From the sequence record DRR723986_791: a DNA stretch of 64,000 nt. One strand, given 5' to 3'. The notes under the pieces were generated by a model. The model saw only the letters and a program-made list of their open reading frames with translations. It was not told the DNA's origin and did not search any database. Shown here piece by piece: positions 1 through 11,432 of the stretch (position 1 is the first letter of the stretch; every line of letters begins with the position of its first letter). Position numbers and translations under genes: made by a program.

Positions 1-56
1 TCCGCGAAGAAGATTATCCGCGAAGAAGATCACCAGCGAAGAATCGCCAGCGCGAT
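1..56. repeat. Imperfect short tandem repeat downstream of rsgA, possibly continuing beyond the window
   Basis: tccgcgaagaagat(t/c)a at 1-16 and 17-32, followed by degenerate ccagcgaagaatcg and ccagcgcgat. Confidence 0.6.
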
Positions 57-73
57 AAGCCAAGTCGCAGGTT

Positions 74-1192
74 CTAACCCGCCGAAGGATCTTCCATCAG
101 ATGGACGTAACTGTTGTATCGCCGCGGATCGATGCGGCCGTCCGCAACGGCTTCCAAAACCCCACAGTCCACTTCGTGAATGTGAGTGCAATCGGGGAAT
201 TTACAGTGATTGGCCCACGGCCGGATGTCTCTGAACAGGCCAGCGACTTCTTCTGGGGCGACATCCCACAATTCAAACTGCCGGATCCCAGGTGTATCTA
301 CCAGATAGCCGCCGCCATCCAACTTGAGTACCTCAGCCGTCGTCGTCGTGTGTCGTCCCTTGGCATTGTCCTTGCTGACAGTCCGAACGCGCAGACCAAG
401 CCCGCTTTGAACGGCGTTCAACAACGAACTCTTCCCAACTCCACTTTGACCGCTAACGACGCTTCGTGATCCGACCAGCGTCTCACGTAGCCGATCGATG
501 CCCCAACCCTTTTCCGCGCTGGTTAGCAATGTTGGATATCCCAACTGAGCCCAAACGCCGAACAAGGGCTGAAACTCAGCAGGCTCAACGAGATCAATCT
601 TGTTCAACACAATCAACGGAACCAAGGATGACTGTTCCGCGGTGATAAGATACCGGTCGATCAAATGCGGCTTGATGTCTGGCTCGGCAGCGCTGGCCAC
701 AATCACCAAAACATCGACGTTGGCAACCAAGACATGCTGACGGCCACGACTTGTGCGTGACAGAGAGCGGCTTCGTGGTAGAACGGACATAATAATGCCC
801 TGGCTCTCACCCTCCGGACGATAGGCGACGCGATCCCCCGCTGCAACAACATGTCGCTGGTCCGTCGATATCGACTTGAGCACCTGTCGAACCGCACAGC
901 GGATCAATCGTCCATCTTCGGATTCGACGACGCACTCAAGCCCGTGGACTCGCAACACCAACCCGATAGGAAACTCACTATCCGGCTCAGCACCATCATC
1001 GTGCAAATGGCCACCGACAACGGTACGATGCCGAGTCAGCTCGCCCTTGCCCGTCAGACGTTCGCGGGAGGAGAGATCAGAATCATCGAGCGTGTCCTGG
1101 CGGAATTTGCGAGTCAAATCCCCGCCACGCGCACGACCTTGGTAATTTTTCTTGAACTGGGTTCGTGTCTTCTGGCGTTTTTTCTTGGCCAT
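74..1192 (-). CDS. rsgA: Ribosome small subunit-dependent GTPase A
   Basis: OB-fold region, circularly permuted G motifs NKID / GQSGVGKS / DTPG, zinc finger CKFPDCTHIHEVDC; basic N-terminal extension; ATG at 1192. Confidence 0.96.
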   Translation of the reverse strand: MAKKKRQKTRTQFKKNYQGRARGGDLTRKFRQDTLDDSDLSSRERLTGKGELTRHRTVVGGHLHDDGAEPDSEFPIGLVLRVHGLECVVESEDGRLIRCAVRQVLKSISTDQRHVVAAGDRVAYRPEGESQGIIMSVLPRSRSLSRTSRGRQHVLVANVDVLVIVASAAEPDIKPHLIDRYLITAEQSSLVPLIVLNKIDLVEPAEFQPLFGVWAQLGYPTLLTSAEKGWGIDRLRETLVGSRSVVSGQSGVGKSSLLNAVQSGLGLRVRTVSKDNAKGRHTTTTAEVLKLDGGGYLVDTPGIRQFELWDVAPEEVAGLFRDIRPWANHCKFPDCTHIHEVDCGVLEAVADGRIDPRRYNSYVHLMEDPSAG

Positions 1193-1249
1193 CAGCAACT
1201 TAGCCCAAGTGCATCACGCTGCAGCGCAACAAATGTAAACCGTCGCGAT

Positions 1250-3406
1250 TTAACTCGTTGCATCACCGGGCTCAACTCGATTGGCTTCGTTCCCGCTCGG
1301 TACTCCGGCTGCCGACGACGGAGCCTCAGCGTCTTTCTTAGCCTGATCTGCTTGATCCACGCCAGCTTCGCCGTTGCTGCCATCGGACGTCGACTCAGCA
1401 GAAGCTTCAGCTTGATCTTTACCGTCGGCCGACTCACCATCGCTCTCATCGCTCGGCTCATCACCATTGCTGAACGCGAGAAACGAACTTGCTGGACCAT
1501 GCACTGACTGACCAATTAAATCCTCGATCTGCTGTTCGCCGAGCTCTTCCTCTGCGAGGAGTTGTTTGGTGAGTGACTCCAATTCAGCTTTTCGCTCGTT
1601 GAGCAGGTCTAGCGCTCGCTGGCTAGCATCATTGAGAATACGTGAAACTTCGTCGTCGATCATCTCCTGGGTGTGTTCGCTAAACTGGCGGGACTGGTGC
1701 ATCTCCCGACCAAGGAACGGATCTTCATCACTGGTCTTGTAGCTAACCGGCCCGAGCTTGGGGCTCATTCCCCAGTGGGTCACCATTCGTCGAGCCATAC
1801 TAGTGGCACGTTCCAGGTCATTTTCAGCTCCAACGGTTCCTTCATCGTAGATGATCTTCTCTGCCGCTCGTCCAGCCAAGAGAACAACCAATTGATCCAA
1901 GAGCTCTTGTTCGCTAGAACTGACTCGGTCTTCAGTTGGAATGATCTGCGTACTACCGAGCGAGCGACCTCGTGGGATGATGGTCACTTTATGCACTCGC
2001 TGCGCACCTTTGAGATACCAAGCCGCTAGGGTGTGACCAGCTTCGTGATAAGCAGTCTTTTCCTTCTCGTCCTGCTTGAGCAACTCTTCGCGTTTGGCAC
2101 CCATCAAGACTTTGTCGCGGGCATAGTCAAAGTCTTCCATGTGCACTCGACGTCGGTCGTTACGAGCCGCCCATAGCGCGGCCTCGTTGACCACATTGCG
2201 AATATCAGCTCCGGTGAGTCCAATCGTTACGGCGGCCAGACGCTTCAAATCAACGTCATGATCCAGCGGAACGTCCCGCGTGTGCACTTTGAATATTTCG
2301 TGGCGTCCCTTGTAAGTTGGCCGACCGACAGTGACGTGCCTATCGAATCGTCCAGGACGCAAAAGCGCTGGATCAAGGACATCTGGTCGGTTCGTGGCGG
2401 CGACGACGATGACTGAATCGACGCCCGAGAAGCCGTCCATCTCACCGAGTATTTGGTTCAGTGTTTGCTCGCGTTCGTCGTGCCCACCGCCCAGTCCAGC
2501 GCCCCGCTGGCGTCCAACTGCGTCGATTTCATCGACAAAAATAATCGCCGGAGCGTTCTCTTTGGCAGTTTGGAACAGATCGCGAACGCGGCTTGCTCCT
2601 ACGCCAACAAACATCTGGATGAACTCACTGCCGTTGACCGAATAGAAAGGCACTCCAGCCTCTCCGGCAACCGCCCTGGCCAGCAACGTTTTACCGGTTC
2701 CCGGTGGGCCATTGAGAAGCACGCCCTTAGGAATGCGACCTCCCAGCCGCTGAAACTTTTCAGGTGCCTTCAAAAAGTCAACGATTTCTTGCAAGTCCGC
2801 TTTGACACCTTCCAGACCGGCAACATCCTTGAACGTTGTCTGCTTGTCACTCGGCTCGTAGCGTTTCGCGGTCGAACGTGAGAAACTGGACAGAAACCCT
2901 CCGCCTCCCATGATTTGGTCGCGTGTCCGACGAAACATCAACCAAATAACGAGGATCAGAATCAGCGGCACGCCGAACAACATAAAGAGCGTGAACCACT
3001 CCGCGGCGTCATTGTTGGTATACCGAATCGAGATGTCAGACGATTCTGGGCCGTCTGCATAGGGCTGCAGCAATTCGTCATAGTTGTCGGGCAGCTCGAC
3101 CGAGAACTTTTTGCTGTAGCTTCCCGGATCTTCTTCATCCTCACCGGTAGCCTGCTTGGTCGGGGCTACTTCGAATTCGCCAACTGCCAGCTTAGTCTTC
3201 TTGTTGACTTCGACCGAACTGATGTTGTTGTTCTTCAGCTCGCGCACGAAGAGGTTGTAGTCGATATCCTCGTAAGCCGAAGACCCGACTAGGTTTCGAA
3301 CCAGCAGAAAAGCTAGGACAACAATGATGAGTACGGGCCAAAATTGACCGCGTCTGGGTTGCTGCTTGTCGTCGGAGCGACCTGGCTCACGCCGGTTGTC
3401 TTCCAT
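1250..3406 (-). CDS. ftsH: ATP-dependent zinc metalloprotease FtsH
   Basis: Two N-terminal TMs, Walker A GPPGTGKT, Walker [29 protein letters not shown] zinc motif, acidic disordered tail. Confidence 0.98.
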   Translation of the reverse strand: MEDNRREPGRSDDKQQPRRGQFWPVLIIVVLAFLLVRNLVGSSAYEDIDYNLFVRELKNNNISSVEVNKKTKLAVGEFEVAPTKQATGEDEEDPGSYSKKFSVELPDNYDELLQPYADGPESSDISIRYTNNDAAEWFTLFMLFGVPLILILVIWLMFRRTRDQIMGGGGFLSSFSRSTAKRYEPSDKQTTFKDVAGLEGVKADLQEIVDFLKAPEKFQRLGGRIPKGVLLNGPPGTGKTLLARAVAGEAGVPFYSVNGSEFIQMFVGVGASRVRDLFQTAKENAPAIIFVDEIDAVGRQRGAGLGGGHDEREQTLNQILGEMDGFSGVDSVIVVAATNRPDVLDPALLRPGRFDRHVTVGRPTYKGRHEIFKVHTRDVPLDHDVDLKRLAAVTIGLTGADIRNVVNEAALWAARNDRRRVHMEDFDYARDKVLMGAKREELLKQDEKEKTAYHEAGHTLAAWYLKGAQRVHKVTIIPRGRSLGSTQIIPTEDRVSSSEQELLDQLVVLLAGRAAEKIIYDEGTVGAENDLERATSMARRMVTHWGMSPKLGPVSYKTSDEDPFLGREMHQSRQFSEHTQEMIDDEVSRILNDASQRALDLLNERKAELESLTKQLLAEEELGEQQIEDLIGQSVHGPASSFLAFSNGDEPSDESDGESADGKDQAEASAESTSDGSNGEAGVDQADQAKKDAEAPSSAAGVPSGNEANRVEPGDATS

Positions 3407-4009
3407 GGGAATTCCCTAGTCGTATCGCGCCGGTTGCTGGCACCCAAAGTGCCAATCTCTGCCGCGCTTATTATCAGTCTTTTGTGTCAAATCTATGAAG
3501 TAAACGCCCTGGTAACGTGCATCCGACCGAGCGAATGCAAGCCCGCCCGTTATTCTAGCGGAGAGTGTAGGGTTCTGGGCACCCTCCTAGGCGACCTAAA
3601 CGGCGGCAAGGCTGCATTAACTGGCCAACTGTCGCGGAAGGGACGCCATACGGCCCAGACTCTGCTCAATCTCGCCTGCCGGACAAACGTTGCAATGCAA
3701 GCTTTCATGCTATAGCGGACGCCACTCGCCCAGGATTGCGTCGCACAAAGCTGAAAAACAAATGATTCGCGACAATATTTGTGCCCCAGTTAACGAACCG
3801 CTAGCTGGGCGACATCTGTAGTTTCGATGCAGCAGAAAAAAGCTGTTGGATGCGTCATCGACCGCCCACTTAGCCAACTGGATTGCCGCTTGTGCCGTAA
3901 CATAAGATATGAGTAAGACCCGAGTAGAATTTCGGCGGAAATGAATGCCGTCGATCTAACTCGTCGACTTTGACTACAAATCCTTTCCATTACCGGAGCT
4001 GAATCGATC

Positions 4010-6325
4010 GTGAGCCATCACCGCACGACCATCGCTCTGACCTTGTTTGGATGTTTCTTTGCGTCCGCCTTTGACGCGTCTTCGGTTCACGCTCAGCACA
4101 ACCCCACGCTCCCCAAGCCAACCCGACAGCGTGAGCTTTCGCTTCCTTTTAATGGCAACAACGACTTGCTCCTGCAGTATCAGATGATGCAGAGGCTATC
4201 GGACTTAGCCAAGCAACAGTCCTCCCAGCAAGAATCCTCCCAAGCGGTCCCACCTCAGGCCGACACACCGAGCGAACCACCATTTGACTACGGAAAGCTG
4301 CTGGAAAATATCGACCCAGAGGACCTGGACGCATTCCGTTCCCAAGCCGAGAAGTTCCTCGAGCAACAACCTGGCAGTTCCAGTGATACTGGCTCGATCC
4401 CACCTGGGCTAGTCGATGCACTGCGCGACAAATTGGGCAACGACGCCAGCGATCCTCGAATTGCAGACTTATTGAAGCGCTTCAACGAAAGTGGACAGTT
4501 GCCACGTTCTCAGGGCGGCAGCGACAACGATAACCGACGCCAACCATGGATTCCTCAGTTGCCGAGCGACACTAGCCGGGCGAATCCGTCCTCGCAAGAC
4601 CGCCAATCGCAGCCTTCCAGCCCGCCACCTTCAAACCTGCGGCCCTCAAACCCGCCGCCCTCCAGACCGCAACCCCGCACATCACAACAGCCTGATCCAT
4701 CGGTATTGCGCGGACCAACTCCTCGCCCACCCAACTCCTCGCTTGGTAACGATTCCGGTTCATTAAACAGGCGCTCCCCCACGGCCCCTGGTGGCACAAA
4801 GGCCCCGGATGGAACAAGCGCCCCTGACCAGGCTAACGATCCTGGCCTACGACAACTTCGTCCGCAACGCCCGTCAACCCAACCACCTGGAAACTGGCCG
4901 CCAGCAAGTAGGCCTCCGCTGGATCAGCAACCATCGAACCGACCACCACCTTCCAGCCCGCCGAACGCTTCATCGCGCCAGCCGACAACACAAACCCCAA
5001 CACCTGGGAACCCGGAGCGACAGAATCTTTCCGAGCGCCGCTCCAGCGGAGGTCTCCCAGAACAACTTAAAGCACTCATTAAAGAGCACCAGCGTCGACA
5101 GCAGCAAGACGATACGCAAGGCCCGCCGACAGGCGATCGAAGGGGCAGCCCATTGGCCGACGCGACGCGCGGCAGTTCAACAGACAGCAAGGGGCTGCCG
5201 TCGGTGCAAGATTTCTTGAAAGAAGCGCAGCAGGACCCGTCACAACTTCCTTCGCTGGGAGAATTACTTCGGCGCATGCCTGACGCAAAAGATCTGCCGC
5301 TATCGGAGCTTTCGAAACTAGGCCGTCGCGACGGTGACTCAAGCAGTCTTGCAAACAACTTGAAGTCTCGATTGCCACCGGAAGTCCTGCGAGATCTCGA
5401 CCGAAACGGTTTCAAGAAGACACTCTCGGATCTCGTCAAGAAATCTGAATCGCAAGCCAACCTAGAAAAGGCATTGCAGTCCGACGCACCTGAGAAGACT
5501 GGTCTTGGCAGCAACCTTGAAAAAGCGTTTCTCTCCGCCCTTGATGGAGTCCGCGAGGACATTTTCGAAAAGGATTCGGACAAAAAATCCAAAGCTTCGA
5601 GCAGCAACCGAACCACGTCGGGCGACAAGACCGCGCAATCGACAACTCTAACACCCAATAGCCAGTCCAACTCACTCTCGCCAACAAACAGTCTCAGCAC
5701 GCCGAGTACGTCGGGCCGCAAATCGTCTAGCAAGACACCATCAAGCAGCTCTGGAGACAAGCCCAAGGGCGGTTTCCTCTCCGACTTCTCGAAGTTCGTC
5801 AATCGCCTCGCAACTGGCTCAAATAAACAACCAGCCGCCAGCTCACCGGCTTCTCCCGTCCGGCCCGGCAACTCTAGCGTATCCCCAGACCTTAGCGGCG
5901 CATCCGCGGCGGCCGCTTCTGCTTGGTCATCGCTTAGCAATTTGCTGCTCCCAATTGCAGCACTGGGAATTCTAGGGATTGCTGCGTGGTGGTTCATGCG
6001 AAAGAACCGACAAGCTCCAAACGCAGAGCTCGCCGGCTTACCGGTTGCCGCAATCCACACACCCGACGACATCGTACAAGCGTTTCATGCCTTGGTGCGT
6101 CGAGGCCTGCCAACCAAGGCAGAACAGTGGTGGAACCACCGTTACACCGTGGACACTCTTGCAGACCAAACACCGAGTGGGCAACGCGGCGCTTGGCAGC
6201 AACTAGCAAGCCTTTATGAGGCGGCGAGATATGCCCCGACCGTCGAATCACTCGCACCAGAAAAGATCGCAACTGCACAGCAGATCATCCAAAAGCTCGC
6301 CAGCTCCGCATCGGAAAACAGATGA
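4010..6325 (+). CDS. Exported Pro/Ser/Gln-rich single-TM protein with C-terminal DUF4129-like domain
   Basis: Signal peptide (..SSVHA-Q), long low-complexity region, TM LLLPIAALGILGIAAWWF, C-terminal LASLYEAARYA motif typical of DUF4129; MoxR context. Confidence 0.7.
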   Translation: MSHHRTTIALTLFGCFFASAFDASSVHAQHNPTLPKPTRQRELSLPFNGNNDLLLQYQMMQRLSDLAKQQSSQQESSQAVPPQADTPSEPPFDYGKLLENIDPEDLDAFRSQAEKFLEQQPGSSSDTGSIPPGLVDALRDKLGNDASDPRIADLLKRFNESGQLPRSQGGSDNDNRRQPWIPQLPSDTSRANPSSQDRQSQPSSPPPSNLRPSNPPPSRPQPRTSQQPDPSVLRGPTPRPPNSSLGNDSGSLNRRSPTAPGGTKAPDGTSAPDQANDPGLRQLRPQRPSTQPPGNWPPASRPPLDQQPSNRPPPSSPPNASSRQPTTQTPTPGNPERQNLSERRSSGGLPEQLKALIKEHQRRQQQDDTQGPPTGDRRGSPLADATRGSSTDSKGLPSVQDFLKEAQQDPSQLPSLGELLRRMPDAKDLPLSELSKLGRRDGDSSSLANNLKSRLPPEVLRDLDRNGFKKTLSDLVKKSESQANLEKALQSDAPEKTGLGSNLEKAFLSALDGVREDIFEKDSDKKSKASSSNRTTSGDKTAQSTTLTPNSQSNSLSPTNSLSTPSTSGRKSSSKTPSSSSGDKPKGGFLSDFSKFVNRLATGSNKQPAASSPASPVRPGNSSVSPDLSGASAAAASAWSSLSNLLLPIAALGILGIAAWWFMRKNRQAPNAELAGLPVAAIHTPDDIVQAFHALVRRGLPTKAEQWWNHRYTVDTLADQTPSGQRGAWQQLASLYEAARYAPTVESLAPEKIATAQQIIQKLASSASENR

Positions 6326-7770
6326 TGCGCGGCTGTGGCACAAGATACTCCCGGCCAGGTACAACATGTTGCCGGCTTTATGTCCGCCCAACCATCATGA
6401 TTCTGTTGGTCTGCGCGAACTTGCTATGCTGCCCAGCGATCACGCTTGTGGCTGCACCGCAGACCGCTCCAACTACGGGTGAATCGAGTGCCGCGGGTAC
6501 AGCTCGGCCTAGCATCCAACCACCCGAGGGCTGGCATGCACGCTACGACCTCTTCCAAATGACCATTGAACAAGCGGGGTTGAAGGTCGTCGATCTCGAT
6601 GAAGCACTTGATGCACCTGAGAAGACTCTCATTGTGGCCCTAGGTGCCCGAAGCATGGCAACGCTCAGTCGAGTGCTCGGCTCGTTCGGCAGGGAGGGAG
6701 GCGCCATCCTGCTTGGAGCAGATAGCAGCGCCGCCACTCCGCAGGCCAGCACCATTTCTGCCACGGCCACAACACAGAGGCAATACGCTGTACAAGGACA
6801 CCTAGACTGCATACGGCTGACTCTTGAAAACCCGACAGATTCACCGCTCCTTCAAGGCGTGAAGACTGTCGTGGTTAACAATGCCAGCTACATCTCAGAA
6901 ACAAAAGCACAGTATCGACCTTGGACGAATCACATCGTTTGGGGAAAAGAAGTTTCGAGTGGATTATTCAGAGGCAAGGCCCTGCTCAGCTCCAGTGCCG
7001 GTCCGTCACGCACACGTCCGCCCGCAGACCAAATAAGAGTCATCGCCTGCGCGGACCCAAGCATCTTTACCAATGGAATGATCTGGCACGGCGATAACGC
7101 AATCCTGGTCATCAACATTGCAAACGCACTGGTGCCGGGCCGAACACAACTCTACTTCATGGCGGATGGCTCGGCTCAAACCTCTTACCAAGGCCCCTTG
7201 CAAGAAGCAGGCGCTTTAGCTGCGGCCGATCAAACGCCTGAACTCGAGATTGAGCAGATGCTGCGATTGGCGAACACGGTGGTCGCAAACGCGCAAGACA
7301 GCGACCTGATCAATGAAATCGTTGCCGATCGCCCGCGGCGAATCCCAACTCCCTACTACCATCGCGGCCTGCTGTTCTTTTTGGCGTTCATCATCCTTTG
7401 CATCGCGTTGTACTTGCTGTTCAGCCGAATTGCGCGACGAGCGCCACACGCACACTTGCCGGCCCCCAAGGCTCAGTCCAGCGCCGCAGCTCTTGGGGCG
7501 TTTGATCCCTCGCCCGAGCATCGTCGCGGTGAAGCTGCACAAGCACTAGCTGCAGCCGCACTGACAAAGATTTGCGGATCTGATGATCCGCAGAAATGGC
7601 TGGAGATCGGTACCGACAAAGATCAACGGTCCGGCCGAATGAGCGTTGGTCAATTGTCTGAATTGCAAAGATTAATCGATTACGCCACTGCGGTATCGCC
7701 TCGGCCCATCCCGCTGTCTGAGCTTCGCGAACTTGATAGACTAGCCGCACAATTAAGCTCGCAGACTTAG
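6322..7770 (+). CDS. DUF4350-like membrane protein
   Basis: N-terminal hydrophobic segment, ADPSIFTNGM..GDNAILVINI motif, second TM; 4-bp overlap with upstream gene; the start may be the later ATG (MILLV). Confidence 0.65.
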   Translation: MMRGCGTRYSRPGTTCCRLYVRPTIMILLVCANLLCCPAITLVAAPQTAPTTGESSAAGTARPSIQPPEGWHARYDLFQMTIEQAGLKVVDLDEALDAPEKTLIVALGARSMATLSRVLGSFGREGGAILLGADSSAATPQASTISATATTQRQYAVQGHLDCIRLTLENPTDSPLLQGVKTVVVNNASYISETKAQYRPWTNHIVWGKEVSSGLFRGKALLSSSAGPSRTRPPADQIRVIACADPSIFTNGMIWHGDNAILVINIANALVPGRTQLYFMADGSAQTSYQGPLQEAGALAAADQTPELEIEQMLRLANTVVANAQDSDLINEIVADRPRRIPTPYYHRGLLFFLAFIILCIALYLLFSRIARRAPHAHLPAPKAQSSAAALGAFDPSPEHRRGEAAQALAAAALTKICGSDDPQKWLEIGTDKDQRSGRMSVGQLSELQRLIDYATAVSPRPIPLSELRELDRLAAQLSSQT

Positions 7771-7824
7771 AACCGTTGCCGAACACAATTTCAACATCGC
7801 CAAACAGCTCGGAGCGAACGTACA

Positions 7825-8790
7825 GTGCATCAAGACGAATCAGCCGCGGAAGTCCGCGATCTTCATGACCGGATTCGAGCTGCCGTCTGCAGCGTCGTTG
7901 TCGGGATGGAAGAATCGACCAAGCGATTGCTCATGTCGCTCGTCGCCGGCGGGCACGTACTGCTCGAGGGGGTTCCAGGTACGGCGAAGACGACTCTCTG
8001 CCGCACGTTCTCGGCGGCTCTTGGCATTCACTTCGAACGGGTTCAGTTTACGCCTGACCTTCTGCCAAGTGACGTAACCGGAACTCAAGTCCTGGACCGC
8101 AAGACCAGCGACTTTGTACTTCGTAAAGGGCCAATTTTTTGCCAACTGCTTCTCGCGGACGAACTAAACCGCGCACCGGCTAGAACTCAATCAGCCCTGC
8201 TGGAGGCAATGCAAGAACAACAGGTTACGATCGAGGGCAACACGCTCGCTCTGCCCGACCCTTTCATGGTGTTGGCAACGCAGAACCCAATTGAACAGGA
8301 GGGCGTCTACCGCCTGCCCGAAGCACAACTCGACAGATTCCTTTTCCGTGTCTTGGTCGACTACCCCGGTCGCAATGCCGAAATTGACATGCTTCGTCTG
8401 CACGGACGCCCCGTCGATCTGCCTACTGCTGTTACGTCGATCGAAGAAATCCTGCGACTGCGCAGTTTGGTCAATGACGTCCACGTGGCCGACGAACTGA
8501 ACAGTTATACGATTGACCTCATCCTAGCAACTCGTCAGCACACCGACCTAGCTCTAGGTGGTAGCCCGCGGGCGGCCATCAGTCTGATGCGGGCGGCCAA
8601 AGCCCACGCGTTGCTCGCTGGCCGAATGTTCCTGACTCACGAAGATGTCCAAAGCGTAGCAGAGCCAGTCCTTGGGCACCGGTTGATCATTCGCCCAGAA
8701 GCGGAAATGGACGGTCAATCCACCGCGAACATTATCGCCGACTGCATCCGCTCCGTTCCCGTCCTCACCGACCAGCACCGGCAAGTGTGA
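7825..8790 (+). CDS. moxR: MoxR family AAA+ ATPase
   Basis: HVLLEGVPGTAKT, RVQFTPDLLPSD, LLADELNRA, ATQNPIEQEG..LPEAQLDRF, GGSPRA. Confidence 0.95.
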   Translation: MHQDESAAEVRDLHDRIRAAVCSVVVGMEESTKRLLMSLVAGGHVLLEGVPGTAKTTLCRTFSAALGIHFERVQFTPDLLPSDVTGTQVLDRKTSDFVLRKGPIFCQLLLADELNRAPARTQSALLEAMQEQQVTIEGNTLALPDPFMVLATQNPIEQEGVYRLPEAQLDRFLFRVLVDYPGRNAEIDMLRLHGRPVDLPTAVTSIEEILRLRSLVNDVHVADELNSYTIDLILATRQHTDLALGGSPRAAISLMRAAKAHALLAGRMFLTHEDVQSVAEPVLGHRLIIRPEAEMDGQSTANIIADCIRSVPVLTDQHRQV

Positions 8791-8827
8791 AGCAAGCAAT
8801 CTCAGTTTCTCTAACGAGTTCTCGCCT

Positions 8828-10561
8828 ATGACCAGCATCGGCCGGCGTTTTATCGCTCTGATGATGATCGCCGCAATAGCCGGAACCCTTGCGAGGAAGG
8901 ATGCACTTACGCTCGTCGCAGTAGGCGGACTCTGCTTAGTCTTTGGTCACTGGTGCTTATTCCAAGTCCGCATCGCCCTGCTCCGAAGCAACATCAGTTG
9001 TACACGCCGCCTTCAGGGCAGATCAACGCAACGCACTGCAACACTATGGGTCGACCGAACGACGGACGTATCGCTGGTTCTCTCGACCTCAGCGGGCAGC
9101 TTCCCGTCGCTTACGCTCCTGCGTGACTGGCTCCCTGACGCACTGTCGCTCAGCAGCGGCGAACCGGAGATGACAATCTTCGAATCAAAGCGTCAGATTG
9201 AGCTGAACTATACCGCAGAAGTATTGGCTGCCGACACAACCTGCTTCCCTGGAGTGTTCATTCGCTTTCACGACACGCTGGGCATGTTCCACAAAGAACA
9301 CTTCCTTGAATTCCAGACTCACATCCGATGCCTACCGAGCCATCAAGTACGCGAGGGCTTGAAGCCAACTGTAAAACGCCTGAACAGTTTGCCGCAGCAT
9401 GGAATCCACCGTTTGCAACGTGCCGGATTAGGAAGCGAACTGCTTGAGTTGCGTGAGTACCAGCCAGGTGATCCGCCCAAGAGTATCGCATGGAAGGTTT
9501 CTGCTCGGCGCGACCAGTTGATGACGCGACAGTACGAATCCGAAGTTCCTGTACGCATCACGATGTTTGTCGACGGAAGCGGATCAGCCCGGAGTGGACC
9601 ACTGTCGCGCCGCCCGATCGACAACATGAATAGAATCGCAGCCAACGTAGCCAGCGCTGCTGTGCATTCGGGCGATCAGTTCGGACTGGTCACGATTGAC
9701 GAGCATGCTTGTCATTGGCACGCACCCGGTTACGGCAACCGAGCCCTTCAAGCATCACTTCGAGAACTAGCAACATTCTCAAACGCCCCGGTTCAGAACC
9801 CTGCATCGCGTCCTGCCAGCCACACGAAGGAGATCATGAGGCGGTTGCACCGAATATGCATGGCTCGCTACCCCGAAGCCATGCTGTCGGATGTCAACGT
9901 ACAGCCCTTTTCTATTTTCCCAATTTCCCCGTGGGCGCGGACCGCATGGAAGGAACGTGTGCAATTGGCGAACACCATCTGCGGTGTCTATGGTCTCGAT
10001 GCAACGATTTGCGGCCTTATGTATACCGATGACCGACTGCTGCTGAAGTATGGGGTGCAATTGGCTCGTGACAACGGGCGGCTGATTAGCACACTGGGTT
10101 CGCCAACAAACCACACCAGTTCTTGGGATTGGTCCGAGACATTCCATCAACAGATCATTCGCGCGATTACTGTTGCTCGAGACAACGAAGTGTTCGTTAT
10201 CTTGACGAATGTCCTTGGCCGCCAAAGCGAACTGACCAGCCTACTGGATCTGCTCAAACTAGCCGTAGCCCGCCACCATCGGGTTGTGGTCATCAGCCCA
10301 GAACTAGGCAAGAACGACCTGCAGATTACCCCCGGTTGGCTTGGGGCTCGCCGATCAGGCTATGACGCAAGCTCGATTCAAGAATCCGACATACTCAGCA
10401 GAGCTGCGATTGCACAACAAGAGCTTACGATCAAGCATCTCAAACGGCGGCTCAGAAAAACAGGAGCCTCCGTGAGTTTTGCCAGCCCGGGAGTCGCCGC
10501 GCAGATCGTGCTTGAAGAAGCCAGCTTAGCAGGCAGCGGGCGGACAACTCGCTCACAGTAA
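8828..10561 (+). CDS. DUF58 (VWA-like) membrane protein
   Basis: Two N-terminal TMs; GSELLELREYQPGDPPKSIAWKVSARR; MIDAS-like VDGSGS; follows moxR. Confidence 0.9.
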   Translation: MTSIGRRFIALMMIAAIAGTLARKDALTLVAVGGLCLVFGHWCLFQVRIALLRSNISCTRRLQGRSTQRTATLWVDRTTDVSLVLSTSAGSFPSLTLLRDWLPDALSLSSGEPEMTIFESKRQIELNYTAEVLAADTTCFPGVFIRFHDTLGMFHKEHFLEFQTHIRCLPSHQVREGLKPTVKRLNSLPQHGIHRLQRAGLGSELLELREYQPGDPPKSIAWKVSARRDQLMTRQYESEVPVRITMFVDGSGSARSGPLSRRPIDNMNRIAANVASAAVHSGDQFGLVTIDEHACHWHAPGYGNRALQASLRELATFSNAPVQNPASRPASHTKEIMRRLHRICMARYPEAMLSDVNVQPFSIFPISPWARTAWKERVQLANTICGVYGLDATICGLMYTDDRLLLKYGVQLARDNGRLISTLGSPTNHTSSWDWSETFHQQIIRAITVARDNEVFVILTNVLGRQSELTSLLDLLKLAVARHHRVVVISPELGKNDLQITPGWLGARRSGYDASSIQESDILSRAAIAQQELTIKHLKRRLRKTGASVSFASPGVAAQIVLEEASLAGSGRTTRSQ

Positions 10562-10607
10562 CCCGAACCGATCTCCGCGCATCAGCAACAATGCTCTGAA
10601 GAAAATA

Positions 10608-11381
10608 ATGTTTCGCAGAAAATCGAAAACGCCCAAACCGAAAAAACAAGCGGCCACCGCACGGGTCCCCTCCCCCGAGTGCGCAGCAACCTACGGCGCG
10701 TTGTTGATCGCCAGTCTTGCCGCAGCTTTTCTTCTCGGTAGCCTCGTATTTCGCATTGAATTGTTCAGCCTGCAGTTCACGGTAGCGTTTATCATCATTA
10801 CCCTGCTGTGCTTTTTCCGCAGATGGCCATTGGGTCCAGCGCTATGCCTTTGTATCTATCTATTCTGGCGTGAACCGGAGGGAGAATTTAATTACTCACT
10901 CGTTCCCTTGATGGCTGCATTCTTGGTACTCCTGCTTTGCATCTTGATTTACAGGGCAAGTTGCCTGCTAAATATCGAAGGCACAACGCCGCTGGCAAAC
11001 ATCAGGGCCTTTCCAGCCGCAATTGAGAAGTGCCAAGAGAAATTGCTCGACACGCTGCGCACCCCACTGCTCTGGAGCCTTGCCGCAACGGCACTAGCCA
11101 TATCCGTCGCGGCCGTAGTGCTCTGGTGCATCCCCCTGACCGGCAACTCAATTCGCCAGTTCCGGCTTCACCCCACAGCCCTTAGACTCATCCAACTGGG
11201 ATTCGTACTGACGTTCACTTTTGTTCTGATACGCTTCTTTGTGCAGCAATACTTGTGGCGAAGAATCACGCGAACGTCAGCACGAGTCTACTTGATTTCG
11301 ACGGTTGCCCAGTGGTTGCATGCCGACACAAATATGGTCAACCATCGCGTAAAGAAACTGCGTCGCAAACAACAGAAATAG
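10608..11381 (+). CDS. Hypothetical integral membrane protein
   Basis: About 6 hydrophobic segments with basic termini; co-oriented with the MoxR operon. Confidence 0.75.
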   Translation: MFRRKSKTPKPKKQAATARVPSPECAATYGALLIASLAAAFLLGSLVFRIELFSLQFTVAFIIITLLCFFRRWPLGPALCLCIYLFWREPEGEFNYSLVPLMAAFLVLLLCILIYRASCLLNIEGTTPLANIRAFPAAIEKCQEKLLDTLRTPLLWSLAATALAISVAAVVLWCIPLTGNSIRQFRLHPTALRLIQLGFVLTFTFVLIRFFVQQYLWRRITRTSARVYLISTVAQWLHADTNMVNHRVKKLRRKQQK

Positions 11382-11432
11382 AATTTCGCTGGTCGAGGCA
11401 ACTCGAAAGCCCCGTCAAGAAAGGAAACGAAC

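Noticed and set aside
1-60. Short repeats as a possible CRISPR edge
   Set aside because: Units are 14-16 bp and abut without spacers; no cas genes
3407-4009. 600-bp divergent intergenic region as ncRNA or small ORFs
   Set aside because: Only TAGAAT-like -10 boxes on each strand; no convincing RNA structure or protein-like ORF
4924-6072. 382-aa antisense ORF
   Set aside because: Shadow of the low-complexity Ser/Pro-rich gene on the + strand; no recognisable motifs
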